NCBI GenBank assembly: GCA_963749405.1
Contig: CAVVMY010000016.1
Location: 16,414-80,413, forward strand
DNA from: Candidatus Altiarchaeales archaeon
GTDB lineage: Archaea; Altiarchaeota; Altiarchaeia; IMC4; QMZM01
Direction: 5' to 3'
DNA: 64,000 bases
Part shown: positions 60,389-64,000 of the stretch, piece after piece
Layout: each line of letters starts with the position of its first letter
Position numbering within the stretch: the stretch's first letter is position 1
Made by a program: the position numbers and the translations under genes
The notes under the pieces: model-generated
Told to the model about the DNA's origin: nothing
Databases searched by the model: none
What the model saw: only the letters and a program-made list of their open reading frames with translations

Positions 60389-61369
60389 ATGTCTTTTAAT
60401 CTGCCTCATGTGCCCAAAGCCGATGAAGTCCTTGACGATGCTTTCCGGCAGGGGGCGAAGGTTGCCAAAGCCCGAAGGTCTGTGCGCGCGCCCTTTAAAG
60501 AGCGTATGCGGGAATCCGAGGAAGCGCGGGTCAAGGCCATCGGTAACTCCATCCAGTCGGACCTGCGCAAGATAGTGAAACGTTTTCCAAGCTATGACCA
60601 GCTCCCGGAATTCCATAAAAGGCTTCTGGAGATAAGGATAGACAAAGACCGCTACAAGAAATCCCTGGGTGCTGCGCAGTGGTGTCTTGACAATGTTTCC
60701 AGGCTTAAACTGGATACCCTCAACCATCTGAAAGAGTACCGCAAGGACACCGAGGCATCCAAGGAATTCCAGGGCAGGGTTTCTTCCATGGTAAAGAAGA
60801 TCTCAAAAGACCTTGACGAACTCATCGAGATAAAGAAGGTTTTACGGGAATTCCCTGTCATAGAAGACCTTCCGACAATGGTGGTCTGCGGTTACCCCAA
60901 CGTGGGAAAAAGCACATTCATGAGAAACCTCACAGGCTCGGAGGTAAAGATAGCAAGCTACCCATTCACTACACAAAGCATACTCATAGGCCATACCAAC
61001 ATAAAATACCAGAAATACCAGATCATAGACTCCCCCGGACTATTGGATCGGGCGATGGAGCATAGGAACAGGATAGAAGTGGAGGCAATCCTTGCCATCA
61101 AGGAACTTGCAGACGTCATACTCTTCATTGTGGATCCCACCCAGGATATCACTGCCCAGCTTTCTCTTCTGAAGGAGGTGTCCTCAAGCTTTGAGTCTCC
61201 GGTATTTGTCGCAATCAACAAAGCCGACGTTTCACCCAGGGACGCGCTGGAGGCTGCGCAAAAACAAGTCTCCTCGTTTCCATCATTTACCATCTCCGCG
61301 AACAGCGCCGCAGACTGCGTACGCGTTTTCCAGAGCATATTCACAAGCCTGAAAGATGCAAAGAGTTAG
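60389..61369 (+). CDS. NOG1-family GTPase
   Basis: GYPNVGKS, YPFTT, DSPGLLDR, NKAD. Confidence 0.9.
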   Translation: MSFNLPHVPKADEVLDDAFRQGAKVAKARRSVRAPFKERMRESEEARVKAIGNSIQSDLRKIVKRFPSYDQLPEFHKRLLEIRIDKDRYKKSLGAAQWCLDNVSRLKLDTLNHLKEYRKDTEASKEFQGRVSSMVKKISKDLDELIEIKKVLREFPVIEDLPTMVVCGYPNVGKSTFMRNLTGSEVKIASYPFTTQSILIGHTNIKYQKYQIIDSPGLLDRAMEHRNRIEVEAILAIKELADVILFIVDPTQDITAQLSLLKEVSSSFESPVFVAINKADVSPRDALEAAQKQVSSFPSFTISANSAADCVRVFQSIFTSLKDAKS

Positions 61370-62621
61370 AATTGAGACATACGGCTGCTCCATGAACAAG
61401 GCGGCATCCGAAGCTGCCGCAGGACTTCTTTTAGAGAAGGGATACGAATTATGCGACGATGACTCCTATGATGTAATCGTGATCAATACCTGCACAGTTA
61501 AGACTCCGACAGAGAGGAAAATAATCAAAAGGCTTGAATCGCTGGCAGATGAGGGAAAAAAAGCCGTTGTCGCAGGATGCCTTCCAGGAACATGCCCGGG
61601 CCTTGCAGACCGTTTCATGTCTTTTTCTTTCATAGGAACGAATGTCTTAGACATCACCGAAGCAGTTGATAATGCCATCCACGGGCGGCGTTTCGTCAGA
61701 ATCGATTCCAGAGGATGCGTAAGCGGCAGCCCCAGGAAGAGAGACAACCCGGTGATAGGGATCGTCCCAATCTCACACGGCTGTCTTGGGAACTGCAGCT
61801 ACTGCGCCGTGAAGAAGGCCCGCGGCCGCCTGCTATCTTTCCCTGCAGGCGAGATAGTGAAAGACGTAAAATGCGCTCTTTCCGAAGGCGTCCGCGAGAT
61901 ATGGCTTACTTCACAGGACTGCGGAGCCTACGGAAGGGACTGCGGCACGAATCTACCACACCTGATGCAACAGATTACGAACATCGAAGGCGAATACATG
62001 CTCCGCATAGGCATGATGAACCCAAACCACGTGCTTTCATTCCTTGACGAATTGATCGAGGCATACAAGAATCCGAAGGTGTATAAGTTCTTGCATCTGC
62101 CTGTGCAGTCAGGCGACGACAACGTGCTCAGGGACATGAATCGCCTCTACACTGTCGCAGACTTTAGAAAAATAGTCGAAGAGTTCCGAAAAAAGATGCC
62201 AACTCTGACGATCTCAACAGACATAATCGCCGGCTTTCCAACAGAAGACGAAAAAGCCTTCCAGAAATCCCTCAACCTCCTAAAAGAGATAAGGCCGGAT
62301 GTCTTGAATATCTCCAGGTTCTGGGCGCGGCCCGAAACTCCCGCAGAGAAGATGAAGCAACTACATGGAAGGATAACGAACCAGAGGTCAAGAAGAATAG
62401 CAGAAACCTTTAACACAATCGCCCTGGAAAACAACAGGAAATGGATCAGCTGGCAGGGACGCGTCCTGGTTTCCGAGAAAGGCAAAAGAGGTGACTTTTG
62501 CGCCAGGAATTACACCTATAAACCCGTGATACTGAAAGAAGGAGAAAATATCATGGGCCAGTTAATGGAAGTAAAAATCGTTGATGCGACAAAAAACGAC
62601 CTACGAGGAGTATTGATCTGA
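61356..62621 (+). CDS. tRNA t6A37 methylthiotransferase (MtaB/CDKAL1 type)
   Basis: TYGCSMN, NTCTVK, GCLGNCSYC, LHLPVQSG, TRAM-like C-terminus. Confidence 0.9.
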   Translation: MQRVRIETYGCSMNKAASEAAAGLLLEKGYELCDDDSYDVIVINTCTVKTPTERKIIKRLESLADEGKKAVVAGCLPGTCPGLADRFMSFSFIGTNVLDITEAVDNAIHGRRFVRIDSRGCVSGSPRKRDNPVIGIVPISHGCLGNCSYCAVKKARGRLLSFPAGEIVKDVKCALSEGVREIWLTSQDCGAYGRDCGTNLPHLMQQITNIEGEYMLRIGMMNPNHVLSFLDELIEAYKNPKVYKFLHLPVQSGDDNVLRDMNRLYTVADFRKIVEEFRKKMPTLTISTDIIAGFPTEDEKAFQKSLNLLKEIRPDVLNISRFWARPETPAEKMKQLHGRITNQRSRRIAETFNTIALENNRKWISWQGRVLVSEKGKRGDFCARNYTYKPVILKEGENIMGQLMEVKIVDATKNDLRGVLI

Positions 62622-62698
62622 TTTTTATTTGCCGATGCTTGCTTGTCTAGACTATTTGATTTCCGCGGATTACAGGACCACCTGCAAGCAGCAGAGTA

Positions 62699-64000
62699 TT
62701 ACGATAAAAATAAATGCATTAACCCGATGTCAGATATCATTGAAGGTAGCGTATGAACCAAAAAAGTGACAACGATTACCGCCACGACATAGAACCTTAG
62801 TTCTTTGTTGTCTTTAATGTTGTTTACTAATACATATGCGGCAAACAGTGTCAACGGAAGGGCGACTGCTGCGTAGGTGTTCCAGTCCTGGGGAAAACCG
62901 AGCGTACTGTTATGAAGCCACACATACGCTGCAAAGAATAAGGTTACGGAACCTATAAAGATTAGTTTACTATCTTTGAATCTTATCCTCCTTATGTTGA
63001 AAAGAAGGAAAATAAGCAGGATTATTGACGCAGGTGATATGAGTATATGCTCATTAAGCATCTCTTCCACGTGATGTGAGGTAAAAAGACCCGGCTGAAT
63101 TAAATCACCATCGTGTAGTCTGCTCCAATATCCGTCAAGGCAGCTTTTGAAGTCGGTGCAATAGCCGGTAGCATATAACCCGCTGTAGTATACAAAAATA
63201 ACATGCCCTATGAACAAGATTATAGGAATTGACGCAGATAGGATCATGATAAAAAATTCCTTGAAAAAACCCGTACCTTTTTTCTTTAGCATCCTTAGGA
63301 AGAAAAGCAAAAAAAGTGTTGGTAACATTATTAAGAAGGACAAAGAAATACAAAAGTTTACTGCATAGAATAATGAAGGAAAAAAGATGCTGTTAATTTT
63401 GTCTTTTAGGTAGAGGATGGAGGAATATATGTAGAGTATCATCCCGAGAGTTAGTGTGGAATAGTATTCTATATCGCCAAAAAACAGGATTATGAAATAT
63501 GAAGTTGCGAGGATGGAAAAAATTGCAAAACTCCTCCATTTATCCTTTGCAAGTTCTTTGCATAATACCCACAAAATAGGAATGGCAATTGCCCCATAAA
63601 AGCAGGACAGACCGGCTGCAATTTCATAGCTGGAATACGGCGCACCCATACTCTTCACCACGTCGTAGCTGAAAGTTACAAACCAGGAACTAAGAGGGCC
63701 TGTACTCATAAATGTGTATTGCTTATTTAGGGCTAGCTGCCCTACGAAACCGGCATCTCCCGCATTTCGCTGCGTTCTAAAGGACCAGAAAATGATAAAG
63801 GATAGCACACTCATTAGCAGATACATCAAATAACTCCAAAAAGTCGAGACTTCTGAATAAATTGTTGAATGAGTTCTATTAAAAGACCCGAGCAGGCTGC
63901 CAATCTTCTTATGGAATAACCCGGTAACTCGGCTTACAAGCCGATAAAGTTTTGTAGAGAGATAATCAAATAACTTGTAGATAAAAGGAACACAAATCAA
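62699..64000 (-). CDS. Multi-pass membrane protein, GT-C glycosyltransferase-like (5' end outside window)
   Basis: Many TM helices, FFGDIEYY and QDW motifs; family call is tentative. Confidence 0.55.
   Translation of the reverse strand: MICVPFIYKLFDYLSTKLYRLVSRVTGLFHKKIGSLLGSFNRTHSTIYSEVSTFWSYLMYLLMSVLSFIIFWSFRTQRNAGDAGFVGQLALNKQYTFMSTGPLSSWFVTFSYDVVKSMGAPYSSYEIAAGLSCFYGAIAIPILWVLCKELAKDKWRSFAIFSILATSYFIILFFGDIEYYSTLTLGMILYIYSSILYLKDKINSIFFPSLFYAVNFCISLSFLIMLPTLFLLFFLRMLKKKGTGFFKEFFIMILSASIPIILFIGHVIFVYYSGLYATGYCTDFKSCLDGYWSRLHDGDLIQPGLFTSHHVEEMLNEHILISPASIILLIFLLFNIRRIRFKDSKLIFIGSVTLFFAAYVWLHNSTLGFPQDWNTYAAVALPLTLFAAYVLVNNIKDNKELRFYVVAVIVVTFLVHTLPSMISDIGLMHLFLS

Overview
Archaeal chromosomal window, mostly housekeeping. 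DPANN-style pilins, Cys-rich surface proteins and intact trp/his/leu/aro genes suggest Altiarchaeota (inference). It holds a trpEGDCFBA operon interrupted by a tnpA-only IS200/IS605 element, the uS13-uS4-uS11-rpoD-tRNA-Leu-eL18-uL13-uS9-rpoN-rpoK-uS2 cluster, three tRNAs (Leu-GAG with a D-loop BHB intron, Ser-TGA, Arg-GCG), ABCE1, Trm5, aIF6, HerA, Hef, CDC48 and GGR, several low-GC nuclease islets and a type IV pilin cluster. About ten genes are split by single-base indels, most likely assembly errors. Most notable: (1) a covarying multi-hairpin element directly 3' of all three tRNA genes; (2) acceptor-stem-like hairpins tandemly repeated upstream of tRNA-Ser; (3) a RaSEA-like radical SAM domain fused to an ArcS-type (DUF5591-like) domain; (4) an IS insertion whose end supplies the trpD stop codon; (5) membrane-tethered tandem pilin domains related to the duplicated pilins. 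All calls come from reading the sequence by eye; no searches or folding programs were run.
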